Assembly (NCBI GenBank): GCA_031411295.1
Contig: JANOAV010000184.1
Coordinates: 1 to 46,342 of the forward strand
Reading direction: 5' to 3'
DNA: 46,342 nucleotides
Source of the DNA: Verrucomicrobiales bacterium
Lineage (GTDB): Bacteria; Verrucomicrobiota; Verrucomicrobiia; Verrucomicrobiales; V1-33
Part shown: positions 29,463-39,389 of the stretch, piece by piece
Layout: every line of letters begins with the position of its first letter
Numbering within the stretch: position 1 is the first letter of the stretch
The notes under the pieces: generated by a model
Seen by the model: only the letters and a program-made list of their open reading frames with translations
Databases searched by the model: none
Told to the model about the DNA's origin: nothing
Program-made: the position numbers and the translations under genes

Positions 29463-30518
29463 TTAGGGATTCACAAAGCGAATCACCACGCGGCGGTTAA
29501 TCGCCTGCGCAACCTGATCTCCGTTGGGATTGGCGATGGGCTGGCTCTCCCCCATGCCCTTCACTTGAATCCGATCACCTGCCAACATTAGGGAACGCGT
29601 TACCCAATTTTTCACGGCTTGAGCGCGCATAAGACTGAGTTGCATATTGTAGGCATCGTCCCCCGTAGTATCAGTATGCCCTTCGATGATGATGAGGGAC
29701 TTTTTCCACGTCTGAATCAGGAGACCCAGTTTCATCAAGTCCACTTTGGCGCTCTCCTTCACGTCGGCGGAATTATAATCGAAGAGGAAGTCGGACGGCA
29801 TCATCGCCTTGAGATCACCTGTCATGGGAGTCTTGATGTCCAACAAATCATCGAAAGAGCTGAATCCCAATCCTTTAAGTCCATCGTTGCCTTTGCGGCG
29901 GGCGGCGGCCAGTTCGCCTTTCAGCGCATCCGTGCCGCTGGGCAATTTATCGTCGATTTTGATTTTGACCTGATCCGTCTGGGCCCGGGCCGTCTTGAGC
30001 ATATCGGAAGAGGAGGCAGAGCGAATTTTCGAATCGATGCCGCCTGCGATGGCGGTATCCACTGCGCTGATGGCATCAACGTCGGGTCCCGGTTCACCCA
30101 TGGCGGCGGTTCTCATCTGGATGTTTACGGCCTTGGTGATTTCAGGGGAGAAACTCACATCTCCTTTCAGGTGCTCCGCCAATTGATCGATCGGCGGCAG
30201 CTCAGCGGTCATTTCGGTCTCCGGGACTTTGGCGTCGGAAACCTCAGGTTGGGCCGACAGCGTTTGCTCGATCATCTTGGGGTCGAGTTGGATGCGATCC
30301 TCAAAGCGCACATCGTCCTTACTCAGCAGGAGCGGGTCATCGGCGGCTACGACGCCGGCTAATTTCAGGTCCCCAAAGGCATAGAAGAGCCCGGCGTGGA
30401 GGACGCAACTGGTCATCACGGCCAGCAAAATCCACCAACGCAAGCTCCAAGCACTCTGTGGCTGAGGCGTGATGAGTTGGCGGCCGATGGATTGTTCCCA
30501 AGAATATGAGGCGGGCAT
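29463..30518 (-). CDS. Membrane-anchored OmpA-family (peptidoglycan-binding) protein
   Basis: TM with SCVLH; LFDYNSA, IEGHTDTTG, NMQLSLMRAQAV, NRRVVI. Confidence 0.9.
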   Translation of the reverse strand: MPASYSWEQSIGRQLITPQPQSAWSLRWWILLAVMTSCVLHAGLFYAFGDLKLAGVVAADDPLLLSKDDVRFEDRIQLDPKMIEQTLSAQPEVSDAKVPETEMTAELPPIDQLAEHLKGDVSFSPEITKAVNIQMRTAAMGEPGPDVDAISAVDTAIAGGIDSKIRSASSSDMLKTARAQTDQVKIKIDDKLPSGTDALKGELAAARRKGNDGLKGLGFSSFDDLLDIKTPMTGDLKAMMPSDFLFDYNSADVKESAKVDLMKLGLLIQTWKKSLIIIEGHTDTTGDDAYNMQLSLMRAQAVKNWVTRSLMLAGDRIQVKGMGESQPIANPNGDQVAQAINRRVVIRFVNP

Positions 30519-30830
30519 GTGGCTGGAGATGGTGAATGAGGAAACTACGCTGGATGAGGTTCCAACTTATCACTCTTTAGCGGAAACGGAAGGTGATTTT
30601 GTGCAGGAGCCTCTGCCGCTGTCTGGCGAGGCACAGGCTTGAAGCCCCTGATTTACCAAAGGTTGGGCTCCTTTGAGACCATTTGGAGGCATCGTTCGCC
30701 AAGGCTGCGAGGTTCACGGAAACGCGGTTTCTGGTTGCGGCAGAGGAAATTTCCACCTAGGAACCACTCATAGCATATCTGTCGGAAGGACTCCTCACCC
30801 CCGGAGCATGCTGGAATTTAGCAACTTTTC

Positions 30831-32243
30831 ATGACGAACACAACCTCTGCTCGACCCAAAATATTGATCATCGGTGGCGGCCCCACGGGGCTTTACGCCG
30901 CAAGAACTCTGGTGGAGGCCAATGTCGATGTGGTCTTGCTCGAAAAAGAAGTGCACCCTGGCGGCTTGGCGACCAGCCACAAGCTTGGCGAAAACTTCTT
31001 CGATATGGGGGTCCACATGCTCCATGAATTCGACAAGGAAATCTTCGAGGACATGAAAACCATCATGGGGGAGGAGCGCCTCCCGGTGCCGCTCGACGCG
31101 AAAATCCGCTGGGCGGGATCGTTTTACCGCTACCCTCTCCAATTTGTGGACATGATCAAAGGCATTCCGCCACTGAAGTTGGCATGGTGCGTCCTGGGTT
31201 TGTTCGGCTCGCAACTCTACTACAAAATGTTCCCCCGGGTGCCGAAGGACGCGGAGGAGGCATTGATTCAGCTCTACGGGAAGCCGCTTTATCACTTTTT
31301 CTTCAAGGATTTCACCGAACGCTACTGGGGCTTCCCCACTACTGAAATCAGCGCCAAATTTATCACCACTAAAATGCCGCGTCTCACGGCGGTCGATGTG
31401 CTGAAGAAGGTCCTGGCCAAGATTGGCATCAAATCTGACAAGGTGGAGGCAGTGGACAGCGCCCTGCATGAGGAAACGCTGCACTATTCCAAGACGGGAG
31501 CGGAAATGATGCCACGGCGGCTTGTGCAGACCATCAGCGCCAAAGGAGGCACCGTCCTCCTGGGACGGGAAGTCGTGCAGGTGGAGATTATCGACGGTCG
31601 CGTGGTGGCCGCCCATACGCGACATGCCGTGACCGGGGCTGAAGAGCGTTTCACATGTGATTACTGTATTTCCACCATGCCCATGCCCTGGCTGATCCAA
31701 CGCGTGGACGGTCCGGTGAGCGATGAGGTGCGCGCCTCTTCCAAGGAATTGCGCTTCAAGCCAATTACCGTGCACGGTTTACTCGTCAACAAGCCGAAGT
31801 GCCTCAACGGGCTCTACGTTTATTATCGGGAACGAATTTTCCATCGCGTAGGCGACCCCAAAAACGCTGGCCTGATTGTGAATCCGCCGGATCACAGCGT
31901 CCTCATCGTGGAAACGACTTGTGAGGAAGGCGATGCCAAATGGCAGGGCACCCCGGAGATTCGCGAGAAGATCATTGCCGACTTGGAAGCGGAAAAGATC
32001 TGCACCAAGGAGCAAATCGTGGAATGGCATGTGATGAATTCCAATACGGGGTATCCGATTTTCAAGCTGGGTTTCGAACAGCACTTCGACCGCGTGAAAG
32101 GCTACATCGACAGCATCAAAAATCTCCGTTCCGTGGGACGTCAAGGTGGCTTTACCTATCCGAATATGCACGGAGCCATGCGCATGGGGGCTAATGCTGC
32201 CAAGTCGGTGCTGGCGCAGATTGATCCGCCCGCAGCGAGTTAG
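30831..32243 (+). CDS. FAD-dependent oxidoreductase (HemY/amine oxidase/Glf-like superfamily)
   Basis: IIGGGPTGL, LEKE..PGGL, FDMGVH, GRQGGFTYPNM. Confidence 0.85.
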   Translation: MTNTTSARPKILIIGGGPTGLYAARTLVEANVDVVLLEKEVHPGGLATSHKLGENFFDMGVHMLHEFDKEIFEDMKTIMGEERLPVPLDAKIRWAGSFYRYPLQFVDMIKGIPPLKLAWCVLGLFGSQLYYKMFPRVPKDAEEALIQLYGKPLYHFFFKDFTERYWGFPTTEISAKFITTKMPRLTAVDVLKKVLAKIGIKSDKVEAVDSALHEETLHYSKTGAEMMPRRLVQTISAKGGTVLLGREVVQVEIIDGRVVAAHTRHAVTGAEERFTCDYCISTMPMPWLIQRVDGPVSDEVRASSKELRFKPITVHGLLVNKPKCLNGLYVYYRERIFHRVGDPKNAGLIVNPPDHSVLIVETTCEEGDAKWQGTPEIREKIIADLEAEKICTKEQIVEWHVMNSNTGYPIFKLGFEQHFDRVKGYIDSIKNLRSVGRQGGFTYPNMHGAMRMGANAAKSVLAQIDPPAAS

Positions 32244-32247
32244 CAAG

Positions 32248-33288
32248 TTAAGCGGACCGCTTCGCAGGTGCGGTCCGGGCGGCCTTGAGTTCGGCAAAAA
32301 TCAGTCGGCCGGCGGAAGTCTGCAGCGCACTACTCACCACCACTGAGGCAGTGGAGCCGATCCGATCACGCGCGTGATTAACCACAATCATGGCTCCATC
32401 TGGCGTATAGCCCACGGCCTGGTGCTCATCTTTGCCTTCCTTAACCAACGTCAACTCCACTTCATCGCCAATGGCCAAAATGGGGCGCATTGATTGTGCC
32501 AGCAGGTTCAGATTCAAAACCGTGACCCCCTGAAGTTGCGCGACCCGGCCCAGATTGGCGTCATTCGTCAGGACGCGCGCGTCCAACAGTTTGGAGAGTT
32601 GGATCAGTTTGGTGTCCACCATTTTCTCCTGCGTTTGGTAGTCATCGTGGATCGTGATCTCCAAATTGGGCAATTGTTTCAACGCCTCCAGACAGTCCAG
32701 TCCGCGGCGGCCGCGCTCGCGTTTGATGGTGTCCCCGGAGTCTGCGAGTAGATGCAGTTCATCCAACACAAAGCGGGGGACAATCAACGTGCCATCCAGG
32801 AAACCGGTCTGGCAGACGGCGGGCAAGCGACCATCAATGATGATGTTGGTGTCAATCAAGAGCGGTTGCCGCATGACGCCCTCATTGCGGAAGCGCACAT
32901 AAGGAATGATGAGACTGAACTCCTGCCGATTACTGCGCAAGGCCAACACAATCCCGATATAGGCGAGCGAAGCATACAACATCGCCAAAAGCGCGCGTCG
33001 CACCTCCTCCTGTCCATCCATCATGGGCAAGCCGGGGATCTGCGTGATGAGCCAGGCGCAGAGCACGCCGATCAGGAGTCCGAACGTGCCGGAAGAGAAG
33101 CTGCGAATCGTGAAGTTTTTCAGCAACATGTCCACCAGCACCAGCAGTCCACCGAAGGCCAGACCGCCAACCCCGCCCACCAGCGCCTCCACTTTCCCCC
33201 CGCTGCCCAGGGCCAGGGAGAATCCCATCAGCAGGCACACGATCAAGAAAACGATGCGGACGAGGCGGATAATGGAATTGGTAGGCAT
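32248..33288 (-). CDS. Membrane PIN/TRAM domain protein (YacL-like)
   Basis: 4 TM; IDTNIIIDGR, RGRRGLD, KEGK..QAVGY..DGAMIVV, LQTSAGRLIF. Confidence 0.93.
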   Translation of the reverse strand: MPTNSIIRLVRIVFLIVCLLMGFSLALGSGGKVEALVGGVGGLAFGGLLVLVDMLLKNFTIRSFSSGTFGLLIGVLCAWLITQIPGLPMMDGQEEVRRALLAMLYASLAYIGIVLALRSNRQEFSLIIPYVRFRNEGVMRQPLLIDTNIIIDGRLPAVCQTGFLDGTLIVPRFVLDELHLLADSGDTIKRERGRRGLDCLEALKQLPNLEITIHDDYQTQEKMVDTKLIQLSKLLDARVLTNDANLGRVAQLQGVTVLNLNLLAQSMRPILAIGDEVELTLVKEGKDEHQAVGYTPDGAMIVVNHARDRIGSTASVVVSSALQTSAGRLIFAELKAARTAPAKRSA

Positions 33289-33319
33289 GGGGAAAGAGTC
33301 TGGCGCTGGTTAGTTCCCG

Positions 33320-34330
33320 TTATCGATTAAATAGACCTTTGCGTGGAACCGGCGGGGCGTTTTCGGGTTTGAGTTTGTCTGCATCGTCCTTGTAACCCCA
33401 GACGAGTCCGTGGCGACGCAGGTTATTTATTAAGCTAGCAAAATCATCGCGCAACTTCTGATCGCGCAGGAGTGCCGTCATCAGCCCCGGCCCGGAATGC
33501 ATGTCTTTGGTAACATCGCTAAAGCCATTGGCTGCGGTGCGTATGGTGGCTGCTGCTTTGGCAATTTCGTCCAAGCTGGGGGATAGCTTCTGTTTCAGCA
33601 TGTCGTTAGCGGTTGTCACCGTGACTCCAAGCGAATCGAGATTCGCCCCGAGTTTGGCCGAACTGGCGTGCAGACTTTGCAGCGTATCCTTGAGGGCGGT
33701 GGTATTTTCTGCGCTCAACACTTGGGTATCAATCTTAGTTAAGGTAGTGTTTAACCCTTTGATGGCATCCCGGAAATTGGATAAATTTTCCTCCGCCAGG
33801 ACCCCGGTGGAAATTTTACCGATCGCTAATTTTAAATCCGCCAGCGAGCCCCGAATATCTTCCAGCACCACCAGTGACTTGTCCGCCACCCGGCCTGCCG
33901 AGTCCGCGATATCAGCACTAAAGTCCCCTCGAAGTTCGCTGCCAGGCTCAATCGTTTCCGAGACGGGAAACAAGGGCGGCGTGACCTCAATATACATGTC
34001 CCCGATGATGCCGCTGGTTTTGAGTGCGAAGGCAGACCCCTTGGCAATGAGGAAATCCTGATAAATCGTCAACGGCACCCGCACCCCATTGATGCCATCC
34101 ACCAAGGTGGGATTGGAGGTGACGCGTCCAATCTCCACTCCGCCCCGCCGCACGGGGGTGTCTTTGGTTAGCTTCCCGGCGTCTCGGAAGACCACGCTCA
34201 GCTCATATTTCTTCCGGAAGAGATACTGGAAATCACCAAATTTAAGGACCAAGCCACCTAAGAGCAAAAGCCCAAAGAGGACAAAGATGCCCACGAGGAG
34301 TTCGGTTTTTTGTTGGTTCTTGGGAATCAT
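33320..34330 (-). CDS. MCE/MlaD family protein
   Basis: ELLVGIFV, F.DAGKL....PV..GGVEIGRV, SGIIGDMYIEVTP, helical C-terminus. Confidence 0.9.
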   Translation of the reverse strand: MIPKNQQKTELLVGIFVLFGLLLLGGLVLKFGDFQYLFRKKYELSVVFRDAGKLTKDTPVRRGGVEIGRVTSNPTLVDGINGVRVPLTIYQDFLIAKGSAFALKTSGIIGDMYIEVTPPLFPVSETIEPGSELRGDFSADIADSAGRVADKSLVVLEDIRGSLADLKLAIGKISTGVLAEENLSNFRDAIKGLNTTLTKIDTQVLSAENTTALKDTLQSLHASSAKLGANLDSLGVTVTTANDMLKQKLSPSLDEIAKAAATIRTAANGFSDVTKDMHSGPGLMTALLRDQKLRDDFASLINNLRRHGLVWGYKDDADKLKPENAPPVPRKGLFNR

Positions 34331-34453
34331 AAAATTTCAGCTGGAGCGAAGACGCACACGGTCTTGGAACCCATACATTAACCACGCCCCGCAGCTTTGC
34401 CACTAAGGAAAATGGAAATCCGCTTCTGTCGACTTTCTCGTGGCGGGGAAAAT

Positions 34454-35335
34454 TTAATCGAGAAGGCCAAGCACTTGGCGCGCCTGAGCTTCCGGCATGC
34501 CGCTGGCCAGCAGGTGATCCAAAGCCAAGGCGAGTCCCTTTTTGATTCCCGCTTGTTCTCCTAAGGCAATACCCTGAGCAATACCATGCGCCAGCCCCTC
34601 GGCCAATCCGTCATCGTGGGCGGTGTCCACCACTCCCTTCAAGTCGCGATAAACCTTCAAACTTTGCTGGTAGCTGGCGATTTCCTCCGGCTGCATCTTG
34701 GCTAGAGCCGCCTTGGCGAAGGCTTGCTGGAAAACCGCTACGTCTCCGAAAATCTGTGGAATCTCCTGGAAATCCTCCAGATGTTTCAAGAAGAACAACC
34801 ATTGGTCCATGCGTCCGTTCAGCTCTGCTTCCGATTTCTGGAAGTTAGGCATTTCCAGATAAATGTAGGTGAGTTTATCATAAAAAACGCGGTTTTGCTG
34901 GTTCTTCAATTTCACCACGTGGAGGACTTCTCCTTCATCCGCTTCATCAGGGTAATCATGGAAGGTGAAATCCAAAATCCCCACACAGTAAACGGCCTGA
35001 AGTTGATAGTTCCATTCACCGCGCTCCGCCTGCTCCTGAATGGGAAAGGTGGAATAATAGACCGTGCGATCTTTGAAGAAATTCTGTTTTGCTTTCTGCA
35101 ACTCCACAATGAATTTCTCCCCGTTGGCGCTCTCGCAGTAGATGTCGAAAATGGCCCTGCGATCGCCCTCGGTGCGCCCCATTTGTTCCGCGTTCTTGAA
35201 CGAAAGCTGAGAGATCTGCGCATGGGCAGGCAGCAGCGCATTCAAGAAATCCTGGAGCAGGGGCTTGCTAGCCTCCTCTCCAAAGATCTTCTTGAAGCCA
35301 AAGTCCGTGAATGGATTGACGTATTTCGCTTTCAT
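34454..35335 (-). CDS. Rpn-family recombination-promoting nuclease / PD-(D/E)XK transposase-like protein
   Basis: YVNPFTDFGFKKIFG, IFDIYCE, FIVELQK, YLEMPNF, DQWLFFLK, C-terminal EG/QG repeats. Confidence 0.93.
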   Translation of the reverse strand: MKAKYVNPFTDFGFKKIFGEEASKPLLQDFLNALLPAHAQISQLSFKNAEQMGRTEGDRRAIFDIYCESANGEKFIVELQKAKQNFFKDRTVYYSTFPIQEQAERGEWNYQLQAVYCVGILDFTFHDYPDEADEGEVLHVVKLKNQQNRVFYDKLTYIYLEMPNFQKSEAELNGRMDQWLFFLKHLEDFQEIPQIFGDVAVFQQAFAKAALAKMQPEEIASYQQSLKVYRDLKGVVDTAHDDGLAEGLAHGIAQGIALGEQAGIKKGLALALDHLLASGMPEAQARQVLGLLD

Positions 35336-35397
35336 TACAAGGCGCACCATAGCCTGCCTCTGGTTGGCGGCTACTCTTTTTTCGGAGGCTAAAGTGG

Positions 35398-38300
35398 TTA
35401 TCCTTTGACTACCACATTCACCAAGCGCCCGGGCACGACGACGATTTTCACCACTTCTTTGCCAGCGGTGACTTCACGAACTTTCTCCGCGGCCAAAGCG
35501 GCGGCTTCATGGGCAGCTTGGTCAGCGCCCGTGGGCAGCGTGATGCGATCCCTCAGTTTCCCATTCACTTGCACCACCACTTCCACCTCGGAGAGCACCA
35601 GCGCAGCCGGATCATACGCTGGCCATGGCAGGTGGGAGAGCAGTCCAGCGTTCCCACTCCCTTGATCGAACTTGGGGAAATGCTGCCGAATCCTCGCAAA
35701 GAGTTCCTCCGCCAAATGCGGCGCATACGGGCTGAGCAAATGCAGCAGCGCCACGATACACTTCACGGGCTTCACGGGCGCATCGACCATAGGCTTGATG
35801 TAAACCATCATGTCGGAGATGCCGGTATTGAATTCCATGCGCTCAATTTTCAGGCCCACCAAGCGGATCGTATCATGCATCAACCGGTTCAACTTGGCAT
35901 CCGGCTCCACATCCTGAACCTTGCTCGAGAAGGTGAATTCCCCTTCCTGATCTTCCTCCATGACCAGTCGCCAGACTTTGGCCAGGAATCGATGCACCCC
36001 TTCCACGCCCTTGGTGCTCCAGGGTTTCACTTGTTCCAGCGGGCCCATGAACATTTCGAACAGGCGCAGGGAATCGGCTCCATACTCGCGCACCACATCG
36101 TCTGGATTGACGACGTTGCCCTTGCTCTTGGACATCTTCTGGCCGTCCTCACCCATGATGAGACCTTGATTCACCAGCTTCTGGAACGGCTCGTTGGTGG
36201 TCAGATGGCCCAGATCGAACAGAATCTTGTGCCAGAAGCGGCTATACAGCAAATGCAGCACCGCGTGCTCCGTGCCGCCCACATACAAGTCCACCCCGCC
36301 TGGAGTGCCGTTCTTGCCTAACCAGTAGGCCTCGGCCTCCTTGGAAATAAAACGTTCACTGTTACCTGCATCACAGTAACGCAGGTAATACCAACAACTG
36401 CCGGCCCATTGCGGCATGGTGTTGAGTTCACGAGTAGCGGTGGCGCTGTATTGCACCCATTCCGTGGCCTTGGACAGCGGCGGATCCACGGTGCCAGAGG
36501 GCTTGAAATCCAGCAATTCAGGCGGCAACAAGGGTAACTCCGATTCGGCCAGGGCACGATGTTTCCCACCTTCCCAGACAATCGGGAATGGTTCCCCCCA
36601 GTAACGCTGACGCGCGAACAGCCAGTCGCGCAATTTGTAATTCACCGTCTTCTTACCCAACCCTTTTTCCACCAGCCAAGCGATCATTTTCGTCTTGGCC
36701 TCCAATGTGCCCAGACCGTTCAGGAAACCTGAGTTGATGGCGCTGCCATCCGCGACAATAGCAGAAAGGAGCAGGGGCGGCCCGCCCCTGCTTGCAAAAT
36801 GAATAAATTCACCCTCCGGCAATTTCGCCACCTCAGGATTCTCCGCGATATACCGCAAGATCCGATCCCAATGCATGGGGCCGCGCACCATCCGATCAAA
36901 ATAATCCGCCTGCCAAACCGTGCCTTCGCCTCCCAGCAGCCTTGCAATTGCCTTGCTGGTAAAGCTTTTCCAAGAATGCATGACCTTGTCCAACTCCTCA
37001 CCCGGTGCCAGCGTGAGGGCAATGTGCACATGGTTTGGCATAATAACGAAACCACCCAATTGATAGCGATCCCCATCGAAATGCTGCAAATTGTCTGCCA
37101 CAATTTGCGCAACATCAGGATTTTTCAGGATGCAGGAACCTTGACCAGAGTCCAGCCAAGCATCGACCCGGTCCGTGAATTGTTTGTGATATTCACGCTC
37201 CGTAGCGGTATCCCAAGGTTCTGGATGTTCTGTGATCCATGCCGAGCGTTCCAGTTCCCACTGGTCCAGCTTCTCCTTCGGTAGGCTGTCTGCCAGGCGG
37301 TAGGTAATAAAATAGGATGCTCCCTCTTGGCTCCAGTGAGGCAGCTTCAGCCCCCATTTCTCGATTTCATCATCGGGGTGGAAGTAGGTGGCTTGCGCAG
37401 GGGCGGGCCGCCCCTGCTCCTTTGGTGCTACCACCTGAATGATCGGCAGCGCAAACTTCGTCGCGAATTCAAAATCCCGTTCATCATGCGCCGGCACCGC
37501 CATGATGGCTCCGGTGCCGTAGCCCATCATGACATAATCGGAAATCCAGATGGGAATCCGCTCGCCATTTACTGGATTCACCGCTGTGGCTCCGGTCCAC
37601 ACCCCAGTCTTCTCCTTGGCTAGTCCGCGATCCATGTCAGACTTGCTGGCGGTCGCTTTTTGATAGGCTGCCACCGCTTCCGCTTGCTCCGTAGAGGCGA
37701 TCTCATGGACCAGCGGATGCTCTGGTGCCAGCACCATATAAGTGGCCCCGAACAAGGTATCCGGTCGCGTGGTGAACACCGTCACACTGCGCGTTTCATC
37801 AATCTGAAATGTCACTTCTGCTCCTTCGCTGCGGCCGATCCAATCCCGCTGCAGCGCCTTGATTCCTTCCGGCCAATCCAGCGGCTCCAACTCCGCCGCC
37901 AAGCGATCGGCAAACGCCGTGATCCGCAGCATCCATTGCTTCATGGGCCGACGCTCCACCGGAAATCCTCCCACGTCGCTTTTCCCATCTTTCACCTCCT
38001 CGTTGGACAAGACCGTGCCCAACTCCGGGCACCAATTCACCGGAGCTTCATGCACATAAGCCAAGCGGACACTGTCAGGATCCGCTCCGATGTAAGTGCA
38101 AATCGGCTCCGCCTTCAGCGTGGCTGGATTGAACCACGAGTTGTAAATCTGCAGGAAGATCCACTGCGTCCATTTAAAATAGTTCGGGTCCGTGGTATTC
38201 ACCTCCCGATCCCAATCATAGCCGAATCCCAGGGCCTTCAATTGCTTGCGGAAATTTGCCACATTCTTCTCCGTGGTTGCCCGCGGATGTTGGCCTGTTT

Positions 38301-38607
38301 TGATGGCATACTGCTCTGCGGGCAGACCAAACGCATCCCAGCCCATGGGGTGCAACACGTTGAACCCCGACTTTTTCTTATACCGACTCACAATATCCGT
38401 GGCGGTATAACCTTCCGGGTGCCCCACATGCAGACCCTCGCCACTGGGATAGGGGAACATGTCCAAAGCATAAAATTTAGGCTTCGATCCATCGAAATCA
38501 GCATCGCCTGGACCAGGCGTGCGGAAGGTCTTCTGGGATTCCCAGACGGCCTGCCATTGCGGCTCGAATTCATGGAAGGGAAAGGGGCGACGACGTTCAG
38601 TGCTCAT
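35398..38607 (-). CDS. leuS: Leucine--tRNA ligase with in-frame inserted HUH (Y1/RAYT) transposase domain
   Basis: [49 protein letters not shown]; 1069 aa including a ~220-aa foreign segment at about aa 396-614. Confidence 0.96.
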   Translation of the reverse strand: MSTERRRPFPFHEFEPQWQAVWESQKTFRTPGPGDADFDGSKPKFYALDMFPYPSGEGLHVGHPEGYTATDIVSRYKKKSGFNVLHPMGWDAFGLPAEQYAIKTGQHPRATTEKNVANFRKQLKALGFGYDWDREVNTTDPNYFKWTQWIFLQIYNSWFNPATLKAEPICTYIGADPDSVRLAYVHEAPVNWCPELGTVLSNEEVKDGKSDVGGFPVERRPMKQWMLRITAFADRLAAELEPLDWPEGIKALQRDWIGRSEGAEVTFQIDETRSVTVFTTRPDTLFGATYMVLAPEHPLVHEIASTEQAEAVAAYQKATASKSDMDRGLAKEKTGVWTGATAVNPVNGERIPIWISDYVMMGYGTGAIMAVPAHDERDFEFATKFALPIIQVVAPKEQGRPAPAQATYFHPDDEIEKWGLKLPHWSQEGASYFITYRLADSLPKEKLDQWELERSAWITEHPEPWDTATEREYHKQFTDRVDAWLDSGQGSCILKNPDVAQIVADNLQHFDGDRYQLGGFVIMPNHVHIALTLAPGEELDKVMHSWKSFTSKAIARLLGGEGTVWQADYFDRMVRGPMHWDRILRYIAENPEVAKLPEGEFIHFASRGGPPLLLSAIVADGSAINSGFLNGLGTLEAKTKMIAWLVEKGLGKKTVNYKLRDWLFARQRYWGEPFPIVWEGGKHRALAESELPLLPPELLDFKPSGTVDPPLSKATEWVQYSATATRELNTMPQWAGSCWYYLRYCDAGNSERFISKEAEAYWLGKNGTPGGVDLYVGGTEHAVLHLLYSRFWHKILFDLGHLTTNEPFQKLVNQGLIMGEDGQKMSKSKGNVVNPDDVVREYGADSLRLFEMFMGPLEQVKPWSTKGVEGVHRFLAKVWRLVMEEDQEGEFTFSSKVQDVEPDAKLNRLMHDTIRLVGLKIERMEFNTGISDMMVYIKPMVDAPVKPVKCIVALLHLLSPYAPHLAEELFARIRQHFPKFDQGSGNAGLLSHLPWPAYDPAALVLSEVEVVVQVNGKLRDRITLPTGADQAAHEAAALAAEKVREVTAGKEVVKIVVVPGRLVNVVVKG
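36765..36791. repeat. REP hairpin, left end of leuS insert
   Basis: AAAGGAGCAGGGGCGGCCCGCCCCTGC: GGAG foot plus GCAGGGGCG-GCC-CGCCCCTGC hairpin. Confidence 0.9.
37397..37423. repeat. REP hairpin, right end of leuS insert
   Basis: GCAGGGGCGGGCCGCCCCTGCTCCTTT, exact reverse complement of 36765-36791. Confidence 0.9.
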
Positions 38608-38740
38608 GTTGCTAGTGAGTGGGGAAAATTTAGAAATAGTAAATTGAGGCTTACCCGCATTAGGGAAAGCGGCTCTCCATGGAGGGGCGCAATGGTGCCC
38701 GAGGACCGGGGAAAATCAAGCCGGGAATCACTAGCCTGGG

Positions 38741-39199
38741 CTAGCCCAACTTGGCACCCACCGCCGTGCTGAGCGATTTACCATCAGCGCGACCTGCGGC
38801 CTTCTCATTCACGAGCTTCATCACAGCTCCCATTTCCTTCTTGCTGGTGGCACCCAGTTCGGCAATGGCATCCGCCACGATCTGATCAATCTCCGCCGCA
38901 CTCAATGCGGTGGGCAGATACTTTTCGAGGGTCTTAATCTCTGCGGCTTCTTTCTCCGCCAACTCAGGGCGTCCCGCTCCGCTGAAACTTTCAATCGAGT
39001 CCTGGCGTTGCTTAATTTGCTTGCGCACCACCGCCACCGCCTCTGCATCCGGCAGCACGCCTTGCGGTCCCAGGCCCTTCTCGACACAGGTGTTCATAAA
39101 CGCAGTCTTCAGACCACGAATCGCCCCCAAGGCTGCGGCATCCTTGGCTTTCATGGCCTCCTTGAGGTCCGTCATGAGTTGTTCTTGAATAGTAATCAT
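38741..39199 (-). CDS. GatB/YqeY domain protein
   Basis: DLKEAMKAKD, KQIKQRQDSIE, GRPELAEKE, KEMGAVM, GRADG. Confidence 0.95.
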   Translation of the reverse strand: MITIQEQLMTDLKEAMKAKDAAALGAIRGLKTAFMNTCVEKGLGPQGVLPDAEAVAVVRKQIKQRQDSIESFSGAGRPELAEKEAAEIKTLEKYLPTALSAAEIDQIVADAIAELGATSKKEMGAVMKLVNEKAAGRADGKSLSTAVGAKLG

Positions 39200-39389
39200 A
39201 ATTGAAGGCCGACTTTCGGGGCGCAGAGGGCACTTGGCAATTTTATTTCTCGGGAAGTTTCCTCGCCCTGACTTGGCGATATTCCTGCTCCGTCATTAAC
39301 GTAGGGTTTCTCCCCATCGCGCGCCGTTGATTCTGATGCGATTATCACCCATAAATCACATTTTGGAACCATAACCCGCAAACCCTTGG

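Larger units (their letters stand above)
36765..37423 (-). mobile_element. REP-flanked RAYT-like tyrosine transposase element inserted in frame in leuS
   Basis: [25 protein letters not shown] (HUH, H526/H528), [24 protein letters not shown] (Y586); perfect 27-bp terminal inverted repeats. Confidence 0.92.

Noticed and set aside
35632..35657. Second REP remnant in the leuS C-terminal region (GTGGGA..TCCCAC, encoding [10 protein letters not shown])
   Set aside because: Only a 6-bp perfect stem in a naturally variable loop; indistinguishable from chance without homolog alignment.
36765..37423. Intein or self-splicing intron as the explanation for the leuS insert
   Set aside because: There is no N-terminal Cys/Ser block or C-terminal His-Asn plus nucleophile. 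The insert is almost fully occupied by the transposase domain, leaving no room for a ribozyme core.
37660..38772. 370-aa plus-strand ORF and other long ORFs opposite leuS, sdhA, actP and DUF1552
   Set aside because: Antisense shadows of well-supported genes in GC-rich DNA.
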